From Camelus dromedarius (lineage: Eukaryota): a stretch of 64,000 bases of DNA. Location of the stretch: the NCBI RefSeq assembly GCF_036321535.1, contig NC_087447.1, positions 50,966,001-51,030,000 on the forward strand, written 5' to 3'. Positions 27,445 to 39,970 of this stretch are shown here, piece after piece (positions within the stretch are counted from its first letter, which is position 1; each line of letters begins with the position of its first letter). The translations under genes were made by a program, and so were the position numbers. The notes under the pieces are model-generated. The model saw nothing but the letters and a program-made list of their open reading frames with translations. It made no database searches and was not told where the DNA came from.

Positions 27445-27960
27445 TAAAGTCACTTCTCTGTTCAAAACCCTCCCAGAGCTTTCGACTGCACTGAATCATC
27501 ATCCAAACTGCGCCATGGCCCAAAGGTCCTACATCATCAACCCATGCCCAACCCTCACCTCATCCCCTTCTGCACACTGACTCCGTTTATGAACTCCAGC
27601 CACACTGACCTTTCTGTTTCTAGAACATGACCAAATCTGTTTCCAGCTCAAGAGCTTTGTACTTCCTAGTTCCTCTGCCTGGATTATTTTTGCCCTGAGA
27701 TGTACACATGGCTGGCTCTACCTCTTCATGTAAGAGACTGCTCACATGTCACTATTTCAAAAAAGTCTGTTCTAACCACTCTCCCATCCACCTAGCACAT
27801 TTTCCTATGTACTATCTCCAAAGCTCTCATCACTAAATGAAACCATCTTTCTTCATTACTGTTTGTTACCTAACTCGTCCCACTGCAGGAGGGCCAGAGG
27901 CCTTAGTGGTCTTATTCGGTGTGGCACACATTCAATAAACTTGTTTTTGTTGAATGAATC
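27445..27960 (+). mobile_element. L2 3' region
   Basis: 'ctccagccacactgacctt...ttcctctgcctgga...tcaataaac...ttgaatgaat'. Confidence 0.75.
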
Positions 27961-28289
27961 CATTTCCTAATTTTGATTCTCATTGTTGCCACTCTTGCTC
28001 AAAAATGTCCAAAAGCTCCTCACTACTTACAGGACAAAGTTCAAATATTTTAGCTTGAAATAAAGATACTTCATAATTTGATTAAAATATTCCTTTACAA
28101 CCGTATCAGTTACCATTTATCACATGTCCATAAATTCTACACTGGAAATTCATTTTTCCCTTAACATACCACTGTCCTTCTCTGTCTCTGAATTTTCCCC
28201 ACCTTATTTCCTCTACCCAGAATCCTCTGCGCCATCATTTCTACATGTGGAAGACAACTTCCACAAGTCAGTGGCTCCAAGGACAGTAA

Positions 28290-28560
28290 TAATAATAGCT
28301 AACATTTATTGAGTGCTAACCATGTGCTAAGCCCAATTCTAAGTGTTTTCCACTTTTTGCCTCTTCTTTCCTCATAACAAACCCTATTGGTGAGTACTAC
28401 TGTTACCACTTCCATCATTCTAATGAGGAATCAATCACCAGAATATTAGGTAACTTGCCCAAGTTCCATAGCGGTAAAGCTCTAATTTGGAGACAGTCAG
28501 TGGTGAAGCCATAAATTGATGCCAGGCAGTCTTGCCCCAGAACACAAGGTCTTCACTCTT
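28290..28560 (-). mobile_element. MIR
   Basis: 'aacatttattgagtgct...taacttgcccaag...ccaggcagtct'. Confidence 0.75.
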
Positions 28561-29440
28561 GCTATATGCTATAATTCTTCCCTTGTGCAGAAATGATGCC
28601 TTAAGAATTATTTAGAAACCTTGAGAATTATGTAGTTTAATTCCCTAGCTGTGGAAAGAATCAGAGATACCACATAACCAGCCCAAAGGCTGACTTGGAA
28701 AGAGAACCAAAACATACTCCCATGCTCTGGTCTAGGGAGTGTTCCATTATACCACACTACCAGGAATGTCACCTTTCCCATGAAGCCTCCTTCATCTTTC
28801 ACTCTATGTCCTTCTTCATATCTGTCTTATGACTTACTATATCATCCCTAAGTAATAAATATCTGTTGAATCAATTTACTCTTCTCCATTTTTCTTATCA
28901 CTACGCTAGCCCAGAACACCATATCTCTTACTTTGAATACTGCTATTGCTTTCTCTTTGAAGGCAAAGACATCTCCCTGCATTACTCTTCTGCCTTCTAA
29001 TGCATCTTCCACATGATCAAATAATCATTAAGAAACATAACTCAGGCAACAACAGAAGCTTAAAATCTTTAAAAAACTCTTTATTCCCTACATGGCAGAA
29101 GTCAAATCCTAAAAACCATACAATATCTGTCCCACCTCCCTCACCAGTTTCATTTTCCATCACTTCTCCATTCATATCCTCTGCTCTACCTAAAATAAAC
29201 CTTACACCAATGCCCTCTGACTCCTCCTCTAATATATTTCTTCTGGATCCTCTATTCTTTATGTATCCAATTCTTACCATCTTTCACCTTCTAAATAAAC
29301 TTATTTTCAGTACCGCCATTGCACATGGACGCAAGTATGCATACAGAGGCATACACACATACAATTAAAACACTTCTCTCATTGTCCATGTTCCCCATAT
29401 CTAAAAAACTATGGTCCAGCTCCTCCCCATCTCTCTGTAC

Positions 29441-29626
29441 CAAAGAGCAGCAGCAGAGTGGACGTCTAGATTTTTTTCTCTGTTCAGCTTCCAACTTGCA
29501 GCTGTAGCAGCCAGTAAGGAAATTAAGATAGCATTCGTAGTTGAAGTTGCGTTTAATCCATGAATTGAAGTTTCTCCATCTTCCTGTCTCCTGGCTCTCA
29601 GTCTCAATGTTGTTTACGTTAAGCAT
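29441..29626 (-). CDS. GDPD4: GDPD4 first coding exon (MLNVNNIETE...FNYECYLNFLTGCYSCK...RRPLCCCSL, 62 codons)
   Basis: ATG in ACCATG context at 29626. Candidate acceptor (ctgac...pyrimidine tract...aaag|GGTGAACCATG) at 29634; donor TTG|gtacag, phase 0. The FLTGCYSC and CCCS motifs match the recalled N-terminus of mouse Gdpd4 and the LTGIYGC motif of GDPD5. Confidence 0.88.
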
Positions 29627-30099
29627 GGTTCACCCTTTTGATGGAATGATAAATAAAAGTCAGAATCCCGTAGCTATTTTGAATGTTTCCTACCCAACCA
29701 TTCTACAGAAAATTCCATCAAAAATAAATGAATTTTTGAAAGTTTATAATCTAGGATAATGCCCTGGATTTGGTTTAGAAGAGTAGAGCTCCCTCCCAAC
29801 TTTCCCAGTAACTAGTTGAGTGTTTACTGCCATCATTTCACCAATGTTTAGTTTTCTCACTACTAAAATGGTATCATGTTCCCTGTTCTAGCCTAATAAA
29901 GGATACTGAAAAACATCAAATTAGATAATAGGTATGAATGTATTTTTAAAACTGTAGTATGCTATTGAAGCAACTTGAGAACCGAGGTATGGGTGAGGTA
30001 TATGAAAAAATACAGTCCTTGAATGCTGTTACTCTGACACACAGATGCCTGCCCCTTCACTTTCTCTCCTCTCACATATGGCTTTTTTAGAGTTAGCCT

Positions 30100-30420
30100 C
30101 AATTAAAAATGATGGAATATCTAGAATAGCAATGGCTGAAAAAGACAAGTTTATCTTTGCTTTTGCCAACAAAAAATTTTCAAAGGTATAAAGAAAAATT
30201 ATGTGGTATGTGGCTTCACAATGTCATTAGAACACAAACATCCTCCATTCTGCTCTTCCACTACAGCACATGACTTCCTTCTCAGGGTACAAAATGGCTG
30301 CTTAAGCTCTATCTATCACTCTAAATTCTCAGTAGGAGGAAAGGACAGAGAAGGGTGGTCCCCCTTATTTTAAGGATATTTCAAGAAGTTGAACAAGACA
30401 TTTCACTAGGAGGGATTTTC
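30100..30420 (-). mobile_element. Old MaLR LTR (MLT1I/J-like) fragment
   Basis: 'tccattctgctcttcc...caaaatggctgc...ttttaagga' pattern. Confidence 0.5.
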
Positions 30421-30689
30421 TCACTAGTAAAACATGAAAAGCAGATATTGAAAGACATCTAGCTGTCACTATTGCATTTTCTCATCCCACTGTTACAGGA
30501 TGAAGTTCTCATACACAGGAACTTCCAGAGAATGTGTGGAACTGGGGGTGGGAAGAAAAAATTAAATCAAACAAAAAAGTATTAAAGACCACTCCCAGGC
30601 AATATTCTCTGCCCCTGAAAACTTTCTGTTGTGCAACACTTTATTTTTTGCGAAAAGCACTTTAGTGTTGCAGTCACGAGTGCGTAGTC

Positions 30690-32564
30690 TGAACGTCCAC
30701 TTCCAGTGAAAATGGAGTAACAAGGCCTGGGGTAGAGCTCCCACATTAAGTGATTTTAAAACTGGGCAAAATATGAAACAACAGGTTTTGGACAGCATAC
30801 AATAGTCAGTGAAGTATAGCAATCCTCAAGAGAGGGAAAACAAAGGAAGTGAGTGTTACGAATGTTCCACTCACAATCTGGTTAGAGTTTTCAGGGTGAA
30901 GTATGTGGTCTGAGCATGCAGTGGAGCCTGGAAGTATCCCAGAACTGAGTAGAAAGAAACTGGAGTTTGGGGAGTTAAGTGTCCCCTCTATGTATCCCCT
31001 AAGTCTTTGACTCAATACTAATCAATATATGCTCTCAAATAAATTGCCTGAGGGTAGGGAGAAAACAACACAAGAGGAAGTGGGGACTCAATCTCCAGGA
31101 CTCACAAAAGATTGGGAATAGCTGGTGTTTCCATCAGAGCAGAAAAACCTTGTAACATGCAGCACCAGGTAGCATACTCCGAAGAGTACTGCTTCAGTAG
31201 TGGAAAAAAATGGGCCTATATTAAGGGCTGCTATGGTCTGGCCAAACTTAAAGGTGAGCTTCAAAATAATCCAAATATTTCCAAGTTACTTGACTGGGTT
31301 CTGGAACAAAGATTAAAAAAAAAAATGTTTTTAATTAAAAAAAAAGAAGCCAAGAAAGCAAAATCCACAATGTCCAGCATCCAATAAAAAAATACCAGGC
31401 ACAAAAAAAGCAAAAATTTGCAACCCATAAATAGGAAAAATCAATGAAGAACAATTCAGAAATGTCTCAGATGACAGGTTTTAGTAGGCAAGGACACTGA
31501 AACATCATTACAAATATATCCCTTATGTTCAAGTCAGTAGAGGAAAGCAAACATTTTAAGGGAAGAGAGGAAGGTATTTTTAAAAGATGTAAAGTGAACT
31601 TCTAGAGATGAAAAATATAATGTCTAAGATAAAAAACACACTGGTAAGATTAAGAAAAGATTACATGCTTCAGAAGAAAATGTTAAGAGAATATGAGAAT
31701 TTGAAAAAAAGAAGAGAGAAACTGTGAGCTGCAGAGCAACTATAAGCATTCTAAGATAAATGTGACTGGAGTTGCTGAGAGTTAGAAAATAAATGCAAAA
31801 ATAGTACTTGAAGAATCAATGGCTGAAAAATTAGTTAAATTTGATAAAAATTTAAACCTACAGACCAAAAAGCACAACAAACTACAAGAAAAAGGCACAT
31901 ACAGAAAACTACAAAACACACCATAATAAAGATGCTTAAAAACACTGATAAAATCTCCAAATCAGCCAGAGAAGGACATGTAGAGGAATAAACTTTGGAC
32001 TTTTGGACATTTTTCCAACAAGAATGACTTCTGTTGAAAAAATGAGAAGTCAGGAAACAGTAAAGCAACATCTTTAAAAAACTGAAGAAGTAAAAAACAA
32101 AATATGTTAACTTACAAATTGAGCACTCAGCAAAAAGGATTATAAAAAAGAGTGAAACAAAGATCTTTTCAGATATTCAAAACAGGATTAATCAATCAAC
32201 AGGTGACTTCTAATACAACAAATGTTAAAGAATGTCTTTCAGAAAGAATTGAAAAGGTGCCAGGTTGGAATGAACATCTAAATTAAGGAATGGGGTGCAC
32301 TGGAAATACTAAATATATGGGTAGATATAAAAGAATATTTTTCTTATTTATAAAATCTCTTTAAAAGATAATTGAATGTTTGAAGAAAAAACTACAACCA
32401 TGAACACTTCAGTTTTAACAACTGTAGAAGTAAAATGTGTAATAGTTAAAAGGGCAGAAGCAGGAAAATCAAAGTGTACTGTCTGTTGTAAAGCTCTTTA
32501 CTATATGTGAAATGGTATAGAATTATTTAAAGGTAGCTTGGATAAGTTAAAGACATATACTATA
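30690..32564 (+). mobile_element. Old L1M (5' region/ORF1); resumes at 39238-39550, 39975-40370 and 44906-45150 after nested insertions
   Basis: Degenerate A-rich ORF1/inter-ORF sequence. The sequence reads through collinearly once the TSD-bounded insertions are removed. Confidence 0.7.
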
Positions 32565-34002
32565 GAAGACTTCCAGTCAACATAGCAGAGTAGTAGGACC
32601 ATGAGCTCTCCTCTCCTCACGACAACAAAACCACAACTGACTGCTAAATAACCACTGAAAAATAAAGACTGGAAGCTAGTATATTATATATCTTTTTCAA
32701 CTGTAAACATAAAGAGGGAACCACATCGAGACAGTAGAAGGGGTGTCCTCACAATATAATCGGGCCCCACATCCCCTGGGTAGGCGACCCACAGCTGAAG
32801 AATAATTAAGTCACAGAGGACCTTTCACAGGAGTGAGAGTTCTAAGCCCCATGTCAGGGTCTGCAGCCGGGGTTCTGGCATTGGGAGGAGGAGACCCCAG
32901 GACATCTGGTTTTAAAGGCCAGTGGGACTTAACTCCAGGACCCCCACAGGACCAGGGGAAACAGAGACTTCATTCTCTTGGGAAGTATACACAGAATCTT
33001 GCATGCACCAGGCCCAAGGGCAGAGGCAGTGATTTCATAGGTACCCAGGCCAGACCTGTCTGCTGGTTTTGGAAGACCTTCTGGGGAGGCTAGGGACGGC
33101 TGCGGATCACCCAGGGGACATAAAAGCTGGTGGTGGACATTCCAGGAGTGTTCATCTATGTAACTTTCCTGGAGGCTGACATCTTGATTGGATCATTAGC
33201 TCCAAGACCTAACCCAACCCAACAGCCTGTAGGCTTAATGGCTGGGAAGCCTCAGACCAAACAGCATACAGGGTAGGAACACAGCCCCACCCATCAGCAG
33301 ACTTCCTAAGCCACAAACACCTCTAAACACAGTTCTACCCAACAGAGGTCCAGGATCAAGCTTCACCTAGTAGTGTGCAGGTACCAGCTCCTCCTGCCAG
33401 GAAACCTGCATAAGCCTCAAGTCCAGCCTCATCCACTAGGGGGAAGATACCACAAATAAAACAACAATCCCAAACCCTGTGGAAGGAATCCACAAACACA
33501 GACCAGACTCTACACTGGAACCAGCTGGACCTGGCCCTTGGGTGACAAGAGAGGGGTGTACTGCTGGGATACAGGATGTCTCCCTCAGAGGGCCACATCC
33601 CCAAGGTCGAGAAACGTACCTAACCTACCTAAAAATACTAATAGAAAGATAGTATGAGGCGGCAGAGGAATATCTTTCAGGCCAAGGCACAAGATAAAAT
33701 CCCAGAAGAAGAAACAAATGATGAGGAGATAGGCAATTTAACTGAGAAAGAGTTTTGAGTAATGATGGTGAAGATGTTCAGAGAACTCAACAGTAATATA
33801 GATGTACAAAGCAAAGTTTTTAGCTAAGAGTTGGAAAATATAAAGAATACCAAAACAGAGTTGAATAAAATTACTGAAATGAATAACACTAGAAAGAACC
33901 AAGAATAGACTAAATGAGGCAGAAGAATGGATCAGTGAGCTAGAAGACAGATTAGTGGAAATCAATACTGCAGAACAAAGACAAAAGAATGAAAAGAAAT
34001 GA

Positions 34003-34128
34003 CAAACATGAAAATGAATATATGTATGTATATGCATGACTGGAATATTGTGCTGTACACCAGAAATTGACACATTGTAATCGACTATACTTCAATTTAA
34101 AAAAAATTTTTTTTAAACTTTTTAAAAA
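34003..34128 (+). mobile_element. Short young L1 3'-end insertion inside ORF1 of the host L1
   Basis: L1 3' terminal motif plus A/T tail. TSD GAAAAGAAATGA (33991-34002) / GAAAAGAAAGGA (34129-34140). Confidence 0.85.
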
Positions 34129-36612
34129 GAAAAGAAAGGAAGATTAGTTTAAGAGAACTCTGGGACAACATGAAATACACTAATATTCACATTATAGGGG
34201 TCCCAGAAAGAAAAGAGACAGAAAGGACCTGAGAAAATTTTTGAAGAGATAACAACTGAAAAATTCTCCAACTTGGGAAAGAACACAATACAATCACCCA
34301 AGTCCAGGTAGTGCAAAAAATTCCACACAGGATCGACCCAAAGAGGAACACAACAAGGCACACAGCAATCAAACTGACGAAAATTAAAGGTAAGGAGAAA
34401 ATATTAAAATAAGCAAGAGAAAAGCAACAAGTAACATACAAGGGAACTCCTAGAAGGTTATTAGCTGATTTTTCAGCAGAAACTCTACAGGCCAGAAGGG
34501 AGCAGCACAATATATTTAAAATAATGAAAGGAAAAAAACTTACAATCAAGAATACTCTATCCAGCAAGGCTCTTGTTCAGATTTGATGGAAAAAATCAAA
34601 AGCTTCACAGATAAACAATAGCTAAAAGAATTCAGCACCACCAAACCAGGTTTACTACAATTGTTAAAGGAACTTCTCTAGTCATCAAACCACAAGAAAA
34701 GAGAACAAAGAGAGAGAGAGAGAGAAAAAAAGATCTACAAAAACCAACCCAAAACAATGAACAAAATGGCAATAAGAACATAGGTATCAATAATTATCTT
34801 AAATGTAAGTGGATTAAAAGCTCCAATCAAAAGATACAGACTGGATGAATGGATACAAAAACAAGACCCATATATCTGCTGTCTACAAGAGACCCACATC
34901 AGAGCTAAAGACACATGCAGGCTGAAAGTAAGGGGATGGAAAAAGATATTCAATGCAAACAGAAACCACAAGAAAGTTGGAGTAGCAATACTTAGACAAA
35001 ACAGATTTTAAAATAAAGACTGTTACAAGAGACAAAGAAGGACACTACATAACACTCAAGGGATTAATCCAAGAAGAGGATATAAAAATTGTAAATGTAT
35101 ATGCAGCCAACATAGGAGCACCTCAATACATAAGGCAATTGTTAACAGATATAAAAGGAGAAATTGACAATAACACAATAATAGTGGGGGACCTTAACAC
35201 CCTACTTACATTAATGGTCAGATCATCCAGAGAGTCAATAAGGAAATACAGGCCCTAAATATCACATTAGACCAGATGGACTTAATTGATATCTATAAAG
35301 CATTTTATCTGAAAGCAACAGAATACAGTCTTCTCAAGTGCACATGGAACATTCTCCAGAGTCAACCATATGCTGGCCCAAAAAGCTACCCTCAGTAAAT
35401 TTAAGAAAATTGAAATCATACCAAGTATCTTTTCTGACCACAATGCTATAAGGCTAGAAATCAACTATAAGAAAAAAAAAACTGAAAAAACTGTGAACAC
35501 ATGGAGGCTAAATAATATGCCACTAAACAACCAATGAATCAGTGAAGAAATCAAAGAGGAAATCAAAAAATACTTTGAGACAAATGAAAACAAAAACACA
35601 ATGATCCAAAACCTCTGGAATGCAGCAAAAGCAGTTCTCAAACGGAAGTTTACAGCAATACAAGCCTACCTTAGGAAACAAGAAAAATCTCAAGTAAACA
35701 ACCTAACCTTACACCTAAAGCAGCTAGAGAATGAAGAATAAACAAAAAACAAAGTTAGTAGGAGAAAAGAAATCAAAGATTAGAGCAGAAATAAATGAAA
35801 CAGAGACTAAAAAGCAACAGAAAAGATCAATGAAACTAAAAGCTGGTTCTTTGAAAAGATAAACAAAATTGATAAACCTTTAGTCAAGACTCATCAAGAA
35901 AAAAAGGGAGAGGGCCCAAATTAATAAAATCAAAATGAAAAAGGAGAAGTTACAAATGACAAAGGATATTAAGAAGATACTGTGAGCAACTATATGCCAA
36001 CAAAAAGGACAGTGTAGAAGAAATGGACTATTTCTTAAAGAGGTACAATTTGACAAGACTGAGCTAGGAAGGAATAGACAATATGAATAGACTAATTACT
36101 AGTACTTAAATTGAATAATTTAAAAACTCCCAACAAACAAAAGTCCAGGACCAGGCTTCACAGATGAATTCCACTCAACATTTAAAGAAGAGTTAACACC
36201 TATCCTTCTGAAATCATTCCAAAAAATTGCAGAGGAAGGAACACTTCCAAACTCATTCCATGAGGCCATCATCATCTTGATACTAAAACCAGACAAAGCT
36301 ATCTCAAAAAAGAAAACTATAGGCCAATATCACTTATGAGTATGGATGCAAAAGTCCTCAACAAAATACTAGCAAATCGACTCCAACAATATATCAAAAA
36401 GATCATACATCATAATCAAGTGGGACTTAACCCAGGGATGCTGGGATTTTTCAGTATCTGCAAATCAATCAACATGATACACCATATTAACAAACTGAAG
36501 AATAAAAACCATATGATACTCTTAATAGATGCAAAAAAAGATTTTTGATAAAATTCAACACCCATTTATGATCAAAACTCTCCATAAAGTGGGCATAGAT
36601 GGAACATACTTC

Positions 36613-36696
36613 AATAAAGGCCATATATGACAAACCCATATAATAAAGCCCATATATGACAAACCCATATAATAAAGGCCATATATGACAAACCCA
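36613..36696 (+). repeat. 29-bp tandem triplication within L1 ORF2
   Basis: AATAAAGGCCATATATGACAAACCCATAT at 36613, 36642 and 36671. Confidence 0.95.
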
Positions 36697-38356
36697 CAGC
36701 TAATATCATACTTAATGGGGAAAAGGTGAAAGCATTTCCTCTAAGATCTGGAACAAGACAAGGATGCCCACTCTTGCCACTTTTATTCAAAAGAGTTTTG
36801 GAAGTCCTAGCTATAGCAATCAGAAGAAGAAATAAAAGGAATCCAAATGGGAAATGAAGATGTAAAACTGTCACTGTTTGCAGATGACACGATACTATAC
36901 ACAGAAAACCCAAAGAAGCGACCAGAAAACAACTAGAATTCATCAATGAATTTGGTAAAGTTGCAAGATACAAAATTAATATACAGAAATCAGTTGCATT
37001 TCTATACACTAACAATAAAATAGAAGAAAAAGAAATTAAGGGAACAATATCATTTACCATCACCCCAAAAAGAATAAAATACCTAGGAATAAACCTACCT
37101 AAGGAGGCAAAAGACCTGTACTCCAGAAACTTTAAGACACTGATGAAAGAAATTGAAGATGACATAAATAAATGGGAAGGTATACCAAGTTCTTGAATTG
37201 GAAGAATCAATATTGTTAAAATGGCCATAATACCCAAGGCAATATACAGATTCAATACAAACCCTATCAAATTACCAATGACACAGTTCACAGAGCTGAA
37301 ACAAAAAATGTTAAATTTGTATGGAAACCTAAAAGACCCCAAATAGCCAAAACAATCTTGAAAAAGAACAATGGAGCTAGGGGAATCACACTCCCTGACT
37401 TCAGACTATACTGCAAAGCTACAGTAATAAAAACAATTTTACACTGGCACTAAAACAGACACATAGATCAATCGAACAGGATAGAAAGTCCAGAAATAAA
37501 CCCATGCACTTATGGTCAATTAATTAATCTACGACAAGAGAGGCAAGAATATACAATGGAAAAAAAAACCCACTCTCTTCAATAAGTGGTGCTGGGAAAA
37601 CTGGACAGCTACCTGTAAAAGACTGAAATTAGAACATTCTCTAACACCATATACACAGATAAACTTAAAATGGATTAAAGACTTAAATGTAAGACCAGAT
37701 AGTATAAAACTCCTAGAGGAAAACAGGCAGGACACTCTTGGACATAAATCACAGCAATATATTTTTTGAATCAGTTCCTGGAGTAATGGAAATAAAAGCA
37801 AAAATAAACAAATGGGGTCTAATTAAAATTAAAAGCTCTTGCAAAACTAAGGATACCATCTACAAAATGAAAAGACAACCTACAGAATGGGAGAAAATAT
37901 TTGCAAATGATGTGACCAACAAGGGCTTAATTTCCAAAATATACAAACAGCTCATACACCTTACTATCAAAAAAAAAAAAAAGCAACCCAATTAAAAAAT
38001 GGGCAGAAGACCTATACAGACAACTCTAGATCTAAAGACAGATGGCCAAAAAGCACATGAAAAGATGTCCAACATCACTAATTGTTAGAGAAATGCAAAT
38101 CAAAACTACAATGAGACATCACCTCATATCAGCCAGAATGGCCATCATTAAAAAGTCTACAAATGATAAATGCTGGAGAGGGTGTGGACAAAAAGGAACC
38201 CTCCTACACTGTTGGTGGGAATGTAAATTGGTGCAGCCACTATGGAGGACATTATGGAGGCTCTTTAAAAACTAAAAATAGACTTACCATATGATCCAGC
38301 AATCCCACTCCTGGGCATATACCTGGAGAAAAATATAATTCAAAAAGACACATGCA

Positions 38357-38699
38357 GGAGGTTGAGCCAAGATGGCAGAGTAGAGAGACTCACAGTTCAC
38401 CCTCTCCCACAAATACACCAAGAATTACATCTACAAACCCACTGAATCACAAAGACCACCTACTGAACTCTGGGAGATTGTCTCTCACTTTGAAATACAG
38501 GAGGATTCTCACAAAATTCCATAAACATGTTTATACTATATAGCACAGGGAACTATATTCAATATCTTGTAACTTACAGTGAAAAAAATGATAACAAATA
38601 TATGTATGTTCCTATTTGACTGAAGCACTGTGCTGTACATGAGAAATTGACACAACACTGTAAACTGACTATACTTCAATAAAAATACATATATATTAA
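38357..38699 (+). mobile_element. 343-bp bipartite mini-L1 (L1 5' end joined to L1 3' end)
   Basis: Starts GGAGGTTGAGCCAAGATGGC (YY1 motif 38368-38376). Junction at 38520/38521, AATAAA at 38678-38683. Perfect 15-bp TSD AAAAAGACACATGCA (38342-38356 / 38700-38714). Confidence 0.9.
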
Positions 38700-39554
38700 A
38701 AAAAGACACATGCACCCCAATGTTCACAGCAGCACTATTTACAATAGCCAAGACACAGAAATAACACAAATGTCCATCAACAGATGACTGGATAAATAAG
38801 ATGTGGTATATATACAATGGAATACTACTCAGACATTAAAAATAAAATGCCATTTGCAGCAACATGGATGGACCAGGAGATCATCATTCTAAGTGAAGTA
38901 AGACAGAAAGAGAAAGAAAAATGCCAAATGATATCACTTATATGTGGAATCTAAAAAAAAAGACACAAATGAAACTACTCATGTTATATACAACTTAGAT
39001 GATTGATTTCTTGAATATGTGTAAGTACATTTGATTGCACTTTTTGATTGGATTACTGCATTTTGTTGATTCTTATTCTGTGGATGGCTTTATTCCTTTG
39101 ATAAGAATGTAAATTTAAAAAGCTAAAGCTCTAAACTGTTCTTAGAAACAATAAACACTACATATATGTAAATTTTAAAATGGCTTTCTCTCCCAATGAG
39201 TTGCTCTTCCTAGAATAAATTTTGTTTACCCCCCAAAAAAGACATATACTGTAAACTTCAAAAAGATGTACATATGTAATAAACAAAGGAGATAAAATAT
39301 AATCATAAATGCTAATATAAAAAATGAGAAAAAAGTGAAAATAAACATGGAACAGAATAGAAAGCAAATAGTAAAAGTCAAATTTAAACGTAAATATATC
39401 AGTAATTCCTTTCAATGTAAATGGAATAAATGCTCCAATTAAAAAAAATTATCTAACTGGACTAAAAGAATAATATTCAACCATTTACTCCTTAGAACAG
39501 TTTGGTTTGTTGAGTTAGAAGGTAAAAGAATGGAAAAACATAAAACTTGTACAT

Positions 39555-39970
39555 GTAGCAGTGTTCCGTTACCAGGATAATTCCAAGTACCAACCAAGGA
39601 CAAAAACCTCAGTCATATATAAGAGTAAGTGTTTAATGCTAGCACATTTGAGCTGATCGACTGTCCATTCTGCTGATCTAGACTGGCTTAAGCTAGTTTG
39701 ACTGTGGTGATTTGGTTCTGCTCCATGTGTCACTCAACCAGGTTGACCTAAGTATGTTCTCATGGTGATGGAAGTTGTCCAAGAGAGCAAGTCCCAATGT
39801 ACAAGTCCAGTTCAACCTTCTGCTTCAAAGGATGTCTTCATGTCAAAGTCAAAAGCAGAGCATGTCAACTCATGGTAGGAGGGCACTATAAAGTTGCATG
39901 GCAAAGGGTGTGAACACAAAGAGTGTAATAAAGGAAGGAGAATTGGGGTCAAATAACAATCTACCTCACT
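39555..39970 (-). mobile_element. MaLR LTR (MLT1G/H-like)
   Basis: Ends 'gcatggcaaagggtgtg...gaattgggg...aatctacc', the reverse of the MLT1H-type 5' end. Confidence 0.7.

Larger units (their letters stand above)
32565..39237 (+). mobile_element. Near full-length L1 (5'UTR, ORF1 ~33654-34681, ORF2 ~34766-38901; both disrupted) with non-L1 3' tail
   Basis: 5' end caacatagcagagtag; EN and RT peptides (FADD at 36877). TSD AAAGACATATACTATA (32549-32564) / AAAGACATATACTGTA (39238-39253) at a TT/AAAG site. Confidence 0.93.

Noticed and set aside
36611..37342. 243-aa minus-strand ORF, the longest in the track
   Set aside because: Antisense shadow of L1 ORF2, extended by the 29-bp repeats; not a gene.
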